A stretch of 64,000 nt of DNA from a virus (IMGVR_UViG_3300025401_000012); one strand, 5' to 3'; counted from the first letter of the stretch, positions 16,790 through 25,536 are shown. Notes: generated by a model from the letters alone, not told the origin. Made by a program: numbers and translations.

Positions 16790-18063
16790 TATATTCCGTA
16801 TTTGTTCTTTTTAGGTTTAGCTACAGGGCTAGTAACATTACCGCCGTCTGCTTCATTACTAACGCTATCGCTTATATGTGTAATAGCTCCTGCCCCCATT
16901 GTTTTAGCAGCGTCTTTTACCTTTTGCATTTCTGCATCAGTGTATGCTGTAATTAATGGATCACCGCTCATAGCACCTGCGCGAGGCATGTCTGGATTAG
17001 CCATAGCAAGACCAAATCTATATTGCATGTATGGACTACCGTTGGCTTTGTTCATGCTGATGTTAGGAATACTCATGGCATTTTTTAATGCTTGAATATG
17101 TACATGGTGTAATTCTTCCGAACCTCTGCCAGCATATGGTACATCGCCTTCTGCTAGTTTTTTACGCATAAATTCTTGTGCTCTCATTTCTCGTATTACC
17201 TTATTAGCATATTTAACTGAATTTTCAGAAGTCTTAGTATATACTTGTTTAACTTGTTTAGAGCCTTCACCTCTTTCAATTTTTTCAGGATCTTTAGCTT
17301 TTTCTTTTTCAAAATACTTACGCATTTCTTCAGTACTTGCTGAAGATTTTTTAACAACAGGTTTATTAGATTTTGCTAAAAATCCCATCAGGCTTTCATC
17401 AGCTACTTTTTCTTTTTTAGGCTTTTTACCAAAAGTAGGATCAGCCATGCGCACTCCTGCTTTGTGCATTAAGTCTCTAACCTCATTATCATCGAGTTCA
17501 GGACTCATAGCATCACGCCACGCACTGAATTTTTCATCATCTGTTGCGTTAGGATTTTTAAGAATATCACGCATTGGTGTAGCACGTGGGCCTTCTTCTT
17601 CTCTACTAGGATCGTTAGTTTCCTGACGACTAATAACGTTTAAATTATCAAAATTAAATGGAATATTTCCTTGTTTATCGGGCACACCATTATATTGTTT
17701 AACATAACTTAAACTATTAACTTGATCGGCACCGACAACAACAGTACAATCACTATAGCCCATTTCATTTAACTTACGCAGTACACGAGTTAAATCAGGC
17801 ATTTCTTCTGTTGCTGTATGAAATATGTGTCCGTGTTTAGGAAACACTTTTTTGTATATATGCAACTTTTCTTCTGGAGTTATTGGATCATCTTTTCCTA
17901 CGGTACGACTAACAACAAAATAAGGATCTGCGCCCGATTCATTAGCTTGCGTAATAACACTGCTAGCTAGGTACATATGGCCTTTATGACCCATACCGCG
18001 CCCCCATCCTACTACGCAGGATTTGCCTTCTCCGGTGCGATTAAGAAATTCACGTAACAGCAT
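16789..18063 (-). CDS. HIGH-type (cytidylyltransferase/NMNAT-like fold) nucleotidyltransferase fused to a head-protein-like domain
   Basis: VVGWGRGMGHKGH (HxGH), VVGADQV, RATPMR (SxSxxR-like); start set at MLLREF (18063). Confidence 0.65.
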   Translation of the reverse strand: MLLREFLNRTGEGKSCVVGWGRGMGHKGHMYLASSVITQANESGADPYFVVSRTVGKDDPITPEEKLHIYKKVFPKHGHIFHTATEEMPDLTRVLRKLNEMGYSDCTVVVGADQVNSLSYVKQYNGVPDKQGNIPFNFDNLNVISRQETNDPSREEEGPRATPMRDILKNPNATDDEKFSAWRDAMSPELDDNEVRDLMHKAGVRMADPTFGKKPKKEKVADESLMGFLAKSNKPVVKKSSASTEEMRKYFEKEKAKDPEKIERGEGSKQVKQVYTKTSENSVKYANKVIREMRAQEFMRKKLAEGDVPYAGRGSEELHHVHIQALKNAMSIPNISMNKANGSPYMQYRFGLAMANPDMPRAGAMSGDPLITAYTDAEMQKVKDAAKTMGAGAITHISDSVSNEADGGNVTSPVAKPKKNKYGI

Positions 18064-19915
18064 TGTCTTTCCTTGGCGCCCAATTAGCTTGATCGATTGT
18101 TTTGACAAACTGTCCTGGCAAATCGTGTTTAAATTTACCTCCAGGATGTGCTTGTACATATCCCTCTGGTTTAGTTTGTCGTATCCCACCATGTGTTCCG
18201 GAACTTAATGAATTAATAACTTTCATTTTTTCGTGTGTTAGTAATTCTACAGCACTTAATACTGCATCTAATCCTGGATGTGTTAATACTTTTTCAGCTT
18301 GGCTGTTGCTTAACTTAGTTTGCGCCCATTGAGCAAATTGTTGTTTAACTCCAGCAACACGTAAATTTTGATTATAGAATGAATACAACACATCACCTGG
18401 TTTACTTAAACCTGGCTGCCCAGCAATAAAACTATCAATTAACGATTTATTTTTCTTAATATAATCTTCTGCATGTTTTAATCCAGTATCATCTACTTTA
18501 GGTGGATGTTCGACATACGTTGTACCTTGCACAATAACATCTGGTGTTGATAGTTTTTCTGCATCAGGATACCGTGTTTCATCTGACCCGATATGTGTGT
18601 AATAACCGGTTGCAGCTACCATAACTTTAGCGTTGGCAATACGTTTGCCTAATGCACTGCCTACTGGAATATGAAAACTAGTAATGTTAGGTCTAAAATC
18701 ATATTCGTTAGTCGATTGATTTAGTTGTGCTGGTTGTAACGGACTAAACAATATTCCGCCTTCGATGTATCCTTTTTTAGGACTGATCTTTTCAAAGTAC
18801 GGCCATAGATCTGCAAGGCCTTGCGCAAATGCACGACGTTGTTCTTCTTGTCCAGGTTGTGTGTTACCTGTACCTAGTACAAACATGGCAACGTCATCTG
18901 GATCATTCATCATAGTAGTTACACCACTCTTGGTATGGGTAGTACCACGCTTCATATAATCCCAAGCGTTCTTGGGGAACATATGGAACTTGCCGTCTTC
19001 ATCCCTGCCCCAATAAATGACAGGACTACCATCCCACTTTAATTCTATTGTGCCACCTTTGCTAGTCATATGACGCAGACGTTCAACCGCATGTAATCCA
19101 CCAGTACTACCATTTGTAAATACTAGATCTTCAATGTGCTGATACTTCCGACCTACAGCAGGAGCTGCTGCTTCATTAATTTGTTTAGGACTAACAGCTT
19201 GCCAACTTGCTCCACTGCTTGCAGATTGAAATATTTCATTTCTGCGAGTTTCATCGGGGATTGCGTTCATAATACTTTCAACACTACCCAAATCTTTAGC
19301 ATTTGCATGTGGCCCAATTAAACGTTTAGCAATTTCATCTAAATCGTCACTAATAAATTCTGATTTCTTCCCCATAGCATCTCGGGCATAAAGTCCTTCG
19401 TCCGGAGACCATAACATACCTTGACTACTTGCTAGTGCGTTCATCATCATTTGTTTGTGAACGCCTTTATAAGGACTGCCTTGTGGAATGGAATGATGGT
19501 GAAATTTATGAACCCTTTCGGCATTACCAACAGCTTTAATATCGACTTGATAGAATTTACCTTTATATGGTAAAAGAATATGTACAGTTACTCCGGTTTT
19601 TTTAGTTTGTAAACCTTTGCCTTGCAAATAGTGTTCTAATTCAGCTCTAGTAGTTTTACCATCTTTAGTGCCAAACTGTTTCATCAGTTGACCTAAGTCA
19701 ACCATAACATCTAAATCGCCGCTCATTTTACCAGGAGTCGGTGTCGCTGCGCTTCCAATTAAGTGTACGCTACTTTGTATTCCGTGCAAATATTTGTTTG
19801 TTTCTTGGGCAAGATGCGCAGCAATTGCTTGATCGAATTCTTCGGATTCCGGCCAAATATTTCCACCTTCTAGAATAGGTTTCCTAACATCGAGGAACAA
19901 TTCACGTAATAACAT
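18050..19915 (-). CDS. Two-domain protein: Pol-beta-like nucleotidyltransferase plus KxDG ligase-like domain (DUF6267-like)
   Basis: N-terminal LIGS...SGDLDVMV and YQVDI; C-terminal HIEDL...ELKWDGSP...EGGILF...PEGYV...FVK. Confidence 0.6.
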   Translation of the reverse strand: MLLRELFLDVRKPILEGGNIWPESEEFDQAIAAHLAQETNKYLHGIQSSVHLIGSAATPTPGKMSGDLDVMVDLGQLMKQFGTKDGKTTRAELEHYLQGKGLQTKKTGVTVHILLPYKGKFYQVDIKAVGNAERVHKFHHHSIPQGSPYKGVHKQMMMNALASSQGMLWSPDEGLYARDAMGKKSEFISDDLDEIAKRLIGPHANAKDLGSVESIMNAIPDETRRNEIFQSASSGASWQAVSPKQINEAAAPAVGRKYQHIEDLVFTNGSTGGLHAVERLRHMTSKGGTIELKWDGSPVIYWGRDEDGKFHMFPKNAWDYMKRGTTHTKSGVTTMMNDPDDVAMFVLGTGNTQPGQEEQRRAFAQGLADLWPYFEKISPKKGYIEGGILFSPLQPAQLNQSTNEYDFRPNITSFHIPVGSALGKRIANAKVMVAATGYYTHIGSDETRYPDAEKLSTPDVIVQGTTYVEHPPKVDDTGLKHAEDYIKKNKSLIDSFIAGQPGLSKPGDVLYSFYNQNLRVAGVKQQFAQWAQTKLSNSQAEKVLTHPGLDAVLSAVELLTHEKMKVINSLSSGTHGGIRQTKPEGYVQAHPGGKFKHDLPGQFVKTIDQANWAPRKDNAVT

Positions 19916-19917
19916 TA

Positions 19918-20289
19918 TTAATCCTTGTACTTGCCAGTTTGTATGTGTTCACGTGTTTCTTCGTGTAGTTTTTTACATGCATCTTCACATGTTTTATCTT
20001 CTAAAATATCGGGCAATTCACGGATAGGAAATTTTTTCTTATATAATTTATAACATTCGTGCATTGTTTCTGCAAACATTTTAGCATCTGTAGGTTTTTT
20101 ATCTTTAATACGATCTATGCACTTCATTAAAACAGGAAACACATAACGACGATAAACATGGTCATCATTGTGCATAAAATGCAATAGATCTTCTACTAGA
20201 TCGTAGTCGATTTCACGCTTGTCACCTTGTTTTTTAACAAAATCTAACTCTTTAAAGTGAGCGTTTTCTAATAACTCTTGTATACGCAT
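19918..20289 (-). CDS. Putative head-associated protein
   Basis: MRIQELLEN start; first gene behind TAAATA at 20341-20336. Confidence 0.6.
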   Translation of the reverse strand: MRIQELLENAHFKELDFVKKQGDKREIDYDLVEDLLHFMHNDDHVYRRYVFPVLMKCIDRIKDKKPTDAKMFAETMHECYKLYKKKFPIRELPDILEDKTCEDACKKLHEETREHIQTGKYKD

Positions 20290-20335
20290 ATTGGCCTCAG
20301 TTTTACATACCCAATAGAATGCTATGGATTTAGAG

Positions 20336-20341
20336 TATTTA
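20336..20341 (-). promoter_or_regulatory. T4-late-like promoter TAAATA
   Basis: Intergenic, heads the 20289-15553 block. Confidence 0.6.
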
Positions 20342-20361
20342 TCGCTTTTAGGATCAACGGG

Positions 20362-20976
20362 CTAGGCTTTAAGTATGCGTTCAATCTTGCTTATACTACT
20401 ACCCAAGTGCATTTTTGCCAATAATAAGTTGTTATCGCCTGTAATATAAAAGTGTGTACCACCCCAACTGCGCGGCTTTTGTAAATCTCTGATACAACTT
20501 TTAGTTAGCTTGCATTTTGTACTTTTATCAGCCCATTCGATAAATGCAGGGTTAGGTTGTGTAGTCTTACCCAATGTAACTCTAAAATCATAATTTATTT
20601 TAGGCATTATGATTGTATCGGATGTTAAATTATTACCTGCTGGTTCGCAAATATACTTTACCCTGCTGGCATCTAATTTAGCTAGTTTTTCTACGTCTTT
20701 TTTATTGTTAGAATACACACTTATCCACGGACTTTCTACTCGCAAATCTATATCTGCCATTTTAGATAATTCGCTAGCTAATGAAATAGCATATATTTTA
20801 TCGGCTAACGTCTTAATAGAGCTAGATCGGTGAGGGATTGTGTTAGATGAATTTAATTCATCTATAATAGCACTAAATTCTTTATTTCGAAAGAACCCTG
20901 AACCACTGCATACCAGTACAATTTTGTACTGGTATACTCCTCTAAACAATTTTGTAGTAAGTTTTTTACGTAACAT
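20362..20976 (-). CDS. Hypothetical protein
   Basis: 204-aa ORF overlapping the clpA stop. Confidence 0.7.
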   Translation of the reverse strand: MLRKKLTTKLFRGVYQYKIVLVCSGSGFFRNKEFSAIIDELNSSNTIPHRSSSIKTLADKIYAISLASELSKMADIDLRVESPWISVYSNNKKDVEKLAKLDASRVKYICEPAGNNLTSDTIIMPKINYDFRVTLGKTTQPNPAFIEWADKSTKCKLTKSCIRDLQKPRSWGGTHFYITGDNNLLLAKMHLGSSISKIERILKA

Positions 20977-23245
20977 TTAAATCTACTAATGATGGTGCAT
21001 TATCTACAGTTAAAAGTTGTACTTTTGATTCCTTAGGAGTAGATACTAACAATAACTTATTGTCGGTTACAGTAATACTTAACAAACCGCCGTTCTTAAG
21101 TTCACCAAACAACATTAATTTAGCCAACGGACGTTTGATTTCTTTATCAATAACACGTTGTAACGGACGAGCACCCATTTTAGGATCAAATCCGTTAGTA
21201 ATAAGCCAGTTAGTACTTTCCTTATCTAGTTTAATCTTGATACCCTTTTCTTTAACTTGAGCACGAAGTTCGTCCATGAATTTAACAATAACTTTAGTCA
21301 TTGATTCTTTGCCCAATCTGTTAAATGTCATGATACCGTCTAAACGATTACGGAATTCTGGTGTAAAGAATTTCTTTAAATCTTTATCACTGTATTCTCT
21401 ATCCTGTGTACCAAACCCAATTGTATTCTTTTCAGCATCTTGTGCACCAGCGTTGGTAGTAAGAATAAGAATTAAGTTACGGCAATCTGCTCGTTTACCG
21501 TTTGAACCAGTAATAAAACCATTATCCATCATTTGTAATAATACTGTTGTAACATCTGGGTGAGATTTTTCAACTTCATCAAACAACAGAACAGCATTTG
21601 GATTTTCTTGTATTTGTGTAATTAGTAATCCGGCATTTTCTTCAAATCCAACATAACCCGGAGGGCTACCGATTAGCTTAGAGATGCTATGCTTCTCTTG
21701 GTATTCTGACATATCAAACCGTAATAGTTTAACACCTAGATGCTTGGCAAGCGACTTGGCAGTTTCAGTCTTACCGCAACCGGTTGGCCCCATGAACACA
21801 AACGATCCAATTGGTTTATTTTCTGATTTTAATCCTGCTTGTGCAACCATAATTTTATCTACAACTTCTGTAATAGCAAGATTTTGCCCGTACACTTCTG
21901 CTTGTAAATTAGTTTCTAAAGTAGCAAGATTGCTAGATTCAGTTTCCATAATTTTTTCTTCAGGCATTTGAATCATTTTAGCAAGCTCAAATTGAATCTC
22001 GTGCTCACCGATTACACGTTCTTCTGCAATTTTAAGATTAAAACGCGAGCATGCTACATCAATTAAATCAATAGCTTTGTCTGGAAGTTTTTTATCTGTT
22101 TGATATTTGACAGATAATTTAACAGCTGCCTGCAATGCATCATTACGAATTTTAACATTGTGGAATGTTTCGTAATACTTTTTAATACCCTGTAATATGC
22201 TTAAAGTCATTTCTTGTGTAGGTTCATCGACTGTTATGCGTTGGAAACGACGCATTAATGCACGATCCTTTTCAAAATGCTTACGATATTCTTCCCATGT
22301 TGTGCTAGCAATGACTTTAATATTGCCTTTACTTAGTGCAGGCTTCATCATATTAGCAAGATCGTTAGAACTATTTCCGGCACTGCCTGCACCAGAGATC
22401 ATGTGTGCCTCGTCAATGAATAATACAGTCTTACCTTTCTTTTGTAGAGCTTTGATAACATGTTTAAAACGTTCTTCAAAGTCTCCGCGATATTTAGATC
22501 CAGCTAACATAGCTGAAATATCTAAACTATATACTTTGTAATCTTTTAGGAAATCAGGAACATGCCCTTTGACAATATTATAAGCAAGTCCTTCTGCTAT
22601 AGCAGTTTTTCCTACGCCAGGATCGCCTACTAAGATTACATTGTTTTTGCTACGACGACCTAATGCTAACGCAATGTTTTCTAATTCATCAATACGCCCG
22701 ATAACCGGATCAACTTTTTGTTTTTCTACTAGATCATTTAAGTTACTAGTAAATGCTTTCAACGCTCGATCACTTTGTGAATCTTGTGGACCTTCTTCAT
22801 CTTCGGAAGTATCATTTACATTGTTTAGGTAATCTGCAAACTTATCTTTATCTATTTTGGCTTTATTAATATAGTAATAAGACCAGCTACGTTTTTCACC
22901 GATCATTGCTAAAAATACATCGGTAGGTTCGATTTTCTGTCTGCCATTAAACAGTACTTGTGTAAATGCACGATTAAGCACACGTTCAACACTTTGTGTT
23001 TTTTTAGGTTTAACAACAACATCTTCAATAGTAATTTCTTGGCACTTGTGGTGTAGATAATTGGCCAAATCATCTTTTAATTCTGCAAGATTTGCACCGA
23101 ATCCTTCTATAGTATTACTAAAAGTTTCATCTGCTAACATAGAAAATAACAAATGTTCAATTGTTAGATATTCGTGATGTAATTTTTTAGCTGTATCTAT
23201 TGCACGTTCAAATACAGCTTGTAAGTTATCACTTGGTTCAACCAT
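20966..23245 (-). CDS. clpA: ClpA-like AAA+ unfoldase (Hsp100)
   Basis: Clp N-domain (HEYLTIEHLL), Walker A GDPGVGKT and GPTGCGKT, Walker B FIDEAH and LFDEVEK, pore loops KYRG and GYVG, IGF ClpP-docking loop; no ClpB middle domain. Confidence 0.92.
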   Translation of the reverse strand: MVEPSDNLQAVFERAIDTAKKLHHEYLTIEHLLFSMLADETFSNTIEGFGANLAELKDDLANYLHHKCQEITIEDVVVKPKKTQSVERVLNRAFTQVLFNGRQKIEPTDVFLAMIGEKRSWSYYYINKAKIDKDKFADYLNNVNDTSEDEEGPQDSQSDRALKAFTSNLNDLVEKQKVDPVIGRIDELENIALALGRRSKNNVILVGDPGVGKTAIAEGLAYNIVKGHVPDFLKDYKVYSLDISAMLAGSKYRGDFEERFKHVIKALQKKGKTVLFIDEAHMISGAGSAGNSSNDLANMMKPALSKGNIKVIASTTWEEYRKHFEKDRALMRRFQRITVDEPTQEMTLSILQGIKKYYETFHNVKIRNDALQAAVKLSVKYQTDKKLPDKAIDLIDVACSRFNLKIAEERVIGEHEIQFELAKMIQMPEEKIMETESSNLATLETNLQAEVYGQNLAITEVVDKIMVAQAGLKSENKPIGSFVFMGPTGCGKTETAKSLAKHLGVKLLRFDMSEYQEKHSISKLIGSPPGYVGFEENAGLLITQIQENPNAVLLFDEVEKSHPDVTTVLLQMMDNGFITGSNGKRADCRNLILILTTNAGAQDAEKNTIGFGTQDREYSDKDLKKFFTPEFRNRLDGIMTFNRLGKESMTKVIVKFMDELRAQVKEKGIKIKLDKESTNWLITNGFDPKMGARPLQRVIDKEIKRPLAKLMLFGELKNGGLLSITVTDNKLLLVSTPKESKVQLLTVDNAPSLVDLNVT

Positions 23246-23247
23246 TA

Positions 23248-23742
23248 TTATTTCTTCCTTTGTTGTTTTCTTAATTTTTTAATTGCCAATGCTAGCTTTA
23301 ATGGACTTAGTTTACTAGTAAAACAAATTCCATTTAAATGATCTAACTCATGTTGGAAACATCTAGCATCCCACCCGGTTAATTCTATTATACATTCTTT
23401 TCCATTTCTGTCAAAGTATTTGGCCGTTAATTGTTTGTATCTTTTTACTGATAACCATAGGTTGGGGAAACTTAAACAACCTTCATTACCATCGACTAAT
23501 TCGGTATCTGTTATTAGTATACTAGGATTAAACATACAAAATGGAACTTGATTATCCAATGCAATAGCAAAAACACGTTTAAGTATTCCCACTTGATTAG
23601 CCGCTAACCCGCGACCATTATTAGTAATCATGGCTTGTACCATATCGATTTCTAATTCTTTTGCATTTAGGTCTTTTTCAAAATTCCACTCTGCAGATTG
23701 TTGTTTTAAAACAGGGTCTGTATCTTTAACTAATTTGAGCAT
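23248..23742 (-). CDS. def: Peptide deformylase
   Basis: GRGLAANQVG, EGCLS and HELDHLNG motifs. Confidence 0.95.
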   Translation of the reverse strand: MLKLVKDTDPVLKQQSAEWNFEKDLNAKELEIDMVQAMITNNGRGLAANQVGILKRVFAIALDNQVPFCMFNPSILITDTELVDGNEGCLSFPNLWLSVKRYKQLTAKYFDRNGKECIIELTGWDARCFQHELDHLNGICFTSKLSPLKLALAIKKLRKQQRKK

Positions 23743-24589
23743 TTAGTTCTTTTAATTTTGTTACTAACACAGGATCTGTGACTGCAGGAGTTTTAATTTT
23801 AATAACGCTTACAAATCTTCCTCTGTGTCCATTATTTACATTAGTAAATCCGTTTCCATTACTGGCAAATTCTACACCTGATTCTATACCAGGTCTAAGA
23901 TCCAAATCCATTGTATCGCCGGTAATTGTTCTGACTGTTTTTTTACAACCAATCATAGCTTCGATAGGAGTAATATTTACTGTAGCATATAAATCATCTC
24001 CACGTCTTTCAAAATTAGGATCTGACTGAACTATAATAGTTACATTGAGATTGCCACGTGGCGCATTTTGTACACTATCATCACCTAAGCCGTTATATCT
24101 AATAGTATCACCGTTGGCAATGCCAGCAGGCACATTAATTTTTACTGTTTGATTGCGTCCACTAGGTAATTGAAAATTAGCTTCTAATGATTTTCCAAGA
24201 TAAGAATCTATAAAACTTACAGTACATTGTATATTCAAATCTCTATTTCGACGCATATGACCACCGCGCATATGACCAAATATATCGCCAAACGGGCTAC
24301 CTTGCCCAAACGGATCAAATGCTCCGCCAAAAGGATTTCCTGTATTAAAGTGGAATTGAGTCCCACCAAATCCGCCACCAGGCATTCCGCCGTACATCCG
24401 TTGTTGATCGTATTCAGCTTTCTTCTGCGGATCGCTTAGATTTTCATATGCAACAGAAATATCTTTAAACTTGGCCTGATCACCGCCTTTGTCGGGATGA
24501 TGTTTATTAGCCAAGCTTCGGTACGCTTTTTTAATTTCATCTGGGCTAGCATTTTCGCTAACACCTAGTGTTTGGTAATAATCGCTCAT
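23726..24589 (-). CDS. DnaJ/CbpA-type (class B) co-chaperone
   Basis: J-domain with HPD, G/F-rich region, C-terminal domain; no zinc finger. Confidence 0.92.
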   Translation of the reverse strand: MSDYYQTLGVSENASPDEIKKAYRSLANKHHPDKGGDQAKFKDISVAYENLSDPQKKAEYDQQRMYGGMPGGGFGGTQFHFNTGNPFGGAFDPFGQGSPFGDIFGHMRGGHMRRNRDLNIQCTVSFIDSYLGKSLEANFQLPSGRNQTVKINVPAGIANGDTIRYNGLGDDSVQNAPRGNLNVTIIVQSDPNFERRGDDLYATVNITPIEAMIGCKKTVRTITGDTMDLDLRPGIESGVEFASNGNGFTNVNNGHRGRFVSVIKIKTPAVTDPVLVTKLKELNAQIS

Positions 24590-24601
24590 AGTCGTAAAAA
24601 A

Positions 24602-24642
24602 ACTCCAATTAATAATAGTAATTATACTATCTTAATTGGAGT
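24602..24642 (-). terminator. Intrinsic terminator/palindrome overlapping the dnaJ promoter and RBS
   Basis: ACTCCAATTAA...TTAATTGGAGT 11-bp arms, inner ATAGTA/TACTAT stem, followed by a T-run on the minus strand. Confidence 0.6.
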
Positions 24643-24649
24643 ATGTCAA
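24621..24649 (-). promoter_or_regulatory. sigma70-type promoter TTGACA-17-TATAAT (dnaJ-def-clpA)
   Basis: Perfect consensus: -35 at 24649-24644, -10 at 24626-24621. Confidence 0.85.
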
Positions 24650-24658
24650 ACTTTTGGC

Positions 24659-24835
24659 TTATTTTTTCTTAGCTGATGTATCTGGTTTTGTTCCAGCTAT
24701 TTCTGTACCTTCGGCTTTTTTGTGATGTTTAACTTCTTTTTTTGCAGGTGCTTTGGCAGGTGCTTTAGTTTTTTCTGCAGCCATTGCAGAACTAGCAAAC
24801 ACAGCTACGATAAGTAGTGCTAATAATTTTTTCAT
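24659..24835 (-). CDS. Small secreted Lys/Ala-rich peptide
   Basis: Sec signal MKKLLALLIVAVFASSAMA followed by a basic low-complexity peptide (KAPA repeats); start at 24835 behind AAGGA. Confidence 0.65.
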   Translation of the reverse strand: MKKLLALLIVAVFASSAMAAEKTKAPAKAPAKKEVKHHKKAEGTEIAGTKPDTSAKKK

Positions 24836-24845
24836 TTTATTTTCC

Positions 24846-25508
24846 TTATAATGGTGGTTGATCAAATGATGGAACAACTTTTTTACCAGATGATGTTAGC
24901 GCTGGTGTAGTTGCGGGTGTTGTTCCTGACCCGCTATTAAAACCCGATCCAAAACCTCCTGGTGTCGTTGCGGATGTTGTTGTTGCAGGTGTGCTTCCAA
25001 AGCCGCCTGTAGATGTTGGTGTTGAACCAAAACCGCCGGTTGAGGAACCGAATCCTCCTGCCGCAGGTGCGCCAAATGCTGGAGCCCCGCCAAATGATGA
25101 GTTGTTTCCACCGCCGAATCCTCCTGTTGAACCTCCAAATCCTCCGCCCATACCGCCTTGACCACTACCAAAGCCGCCAGCTACATTGCCTGACATATTT
25201 TGATTGTTAGTAATTGTTTGGTTTGTAGAAGTTGGATTGGCTGCTGTACCTGCTAGTTTTTCTTGTGTACGACCAAATGCGCTAATACCTAATACCGCAC
25301 CCATAGCAATATGAAACAGACCAGCACCTTGAAGTGTCAGTGGATTCCATTGTGTAATAGGTACATGATTAATGCCTTGCCATAATGCCCATAGTACTGG
25401 GAATACTATCATGTCGGCCATACAGATTAACATGTACATCCAACCCATTGCTGGACGCCATAGTTTTTGCATCCATTCTGCTCCACCGCCGTCTTTTTCT
25501 TCTGCCAT
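24846..25508 (-). CDS. Holin (3-TM GTA-holin-like) with a long FG-rich tail
   Basis: WRPAMGWMY...FPVLW...LTLQGAGLFHIAMGAVLGISAFGRTQEK; adjacent to spanins and endolysin. Confidence 0.7.
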   Translation of the reverse strand: MAEEKDGGGAEWMQKLWRPAMGWMYMLICMADMIVFPVLWALWQGINHVPITQWNPLTLQGAGLFHIAMGAVLGISAFGRTQEKLAGTAANPTSTNQTITNNQNMSGNVAGGFGSGQGGMGGGFGGSTGGFGGGNNSSFGGAPAFGAPAAGGFGSSTGGFGSTPTSTGGFGSTPATTTSATTPGGFGSGFNSGSGTTPATTPALTSSGKKVVPSFDQPPL

Positions 25509-25536
25509 AGTTCGCTCCTTTTGGCTGTTATATACG

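Noticed and set aside
18064-18192. N-terminal extension given for the 467-aa ORF (similarly for 12981, 53088, 50830, 2602)
   Set aside because: Downstream ATGs have the RBS, translational coupling and family-typical N-termini; the extensions overlap upstream genes
24602-24642. CIRCE/HrcA operator before dnaJ
   Set aside because: Does not match TTAGCACTC-N9-GAGTGCTAA; better explained as a terminator hairpin overlapping the promoter
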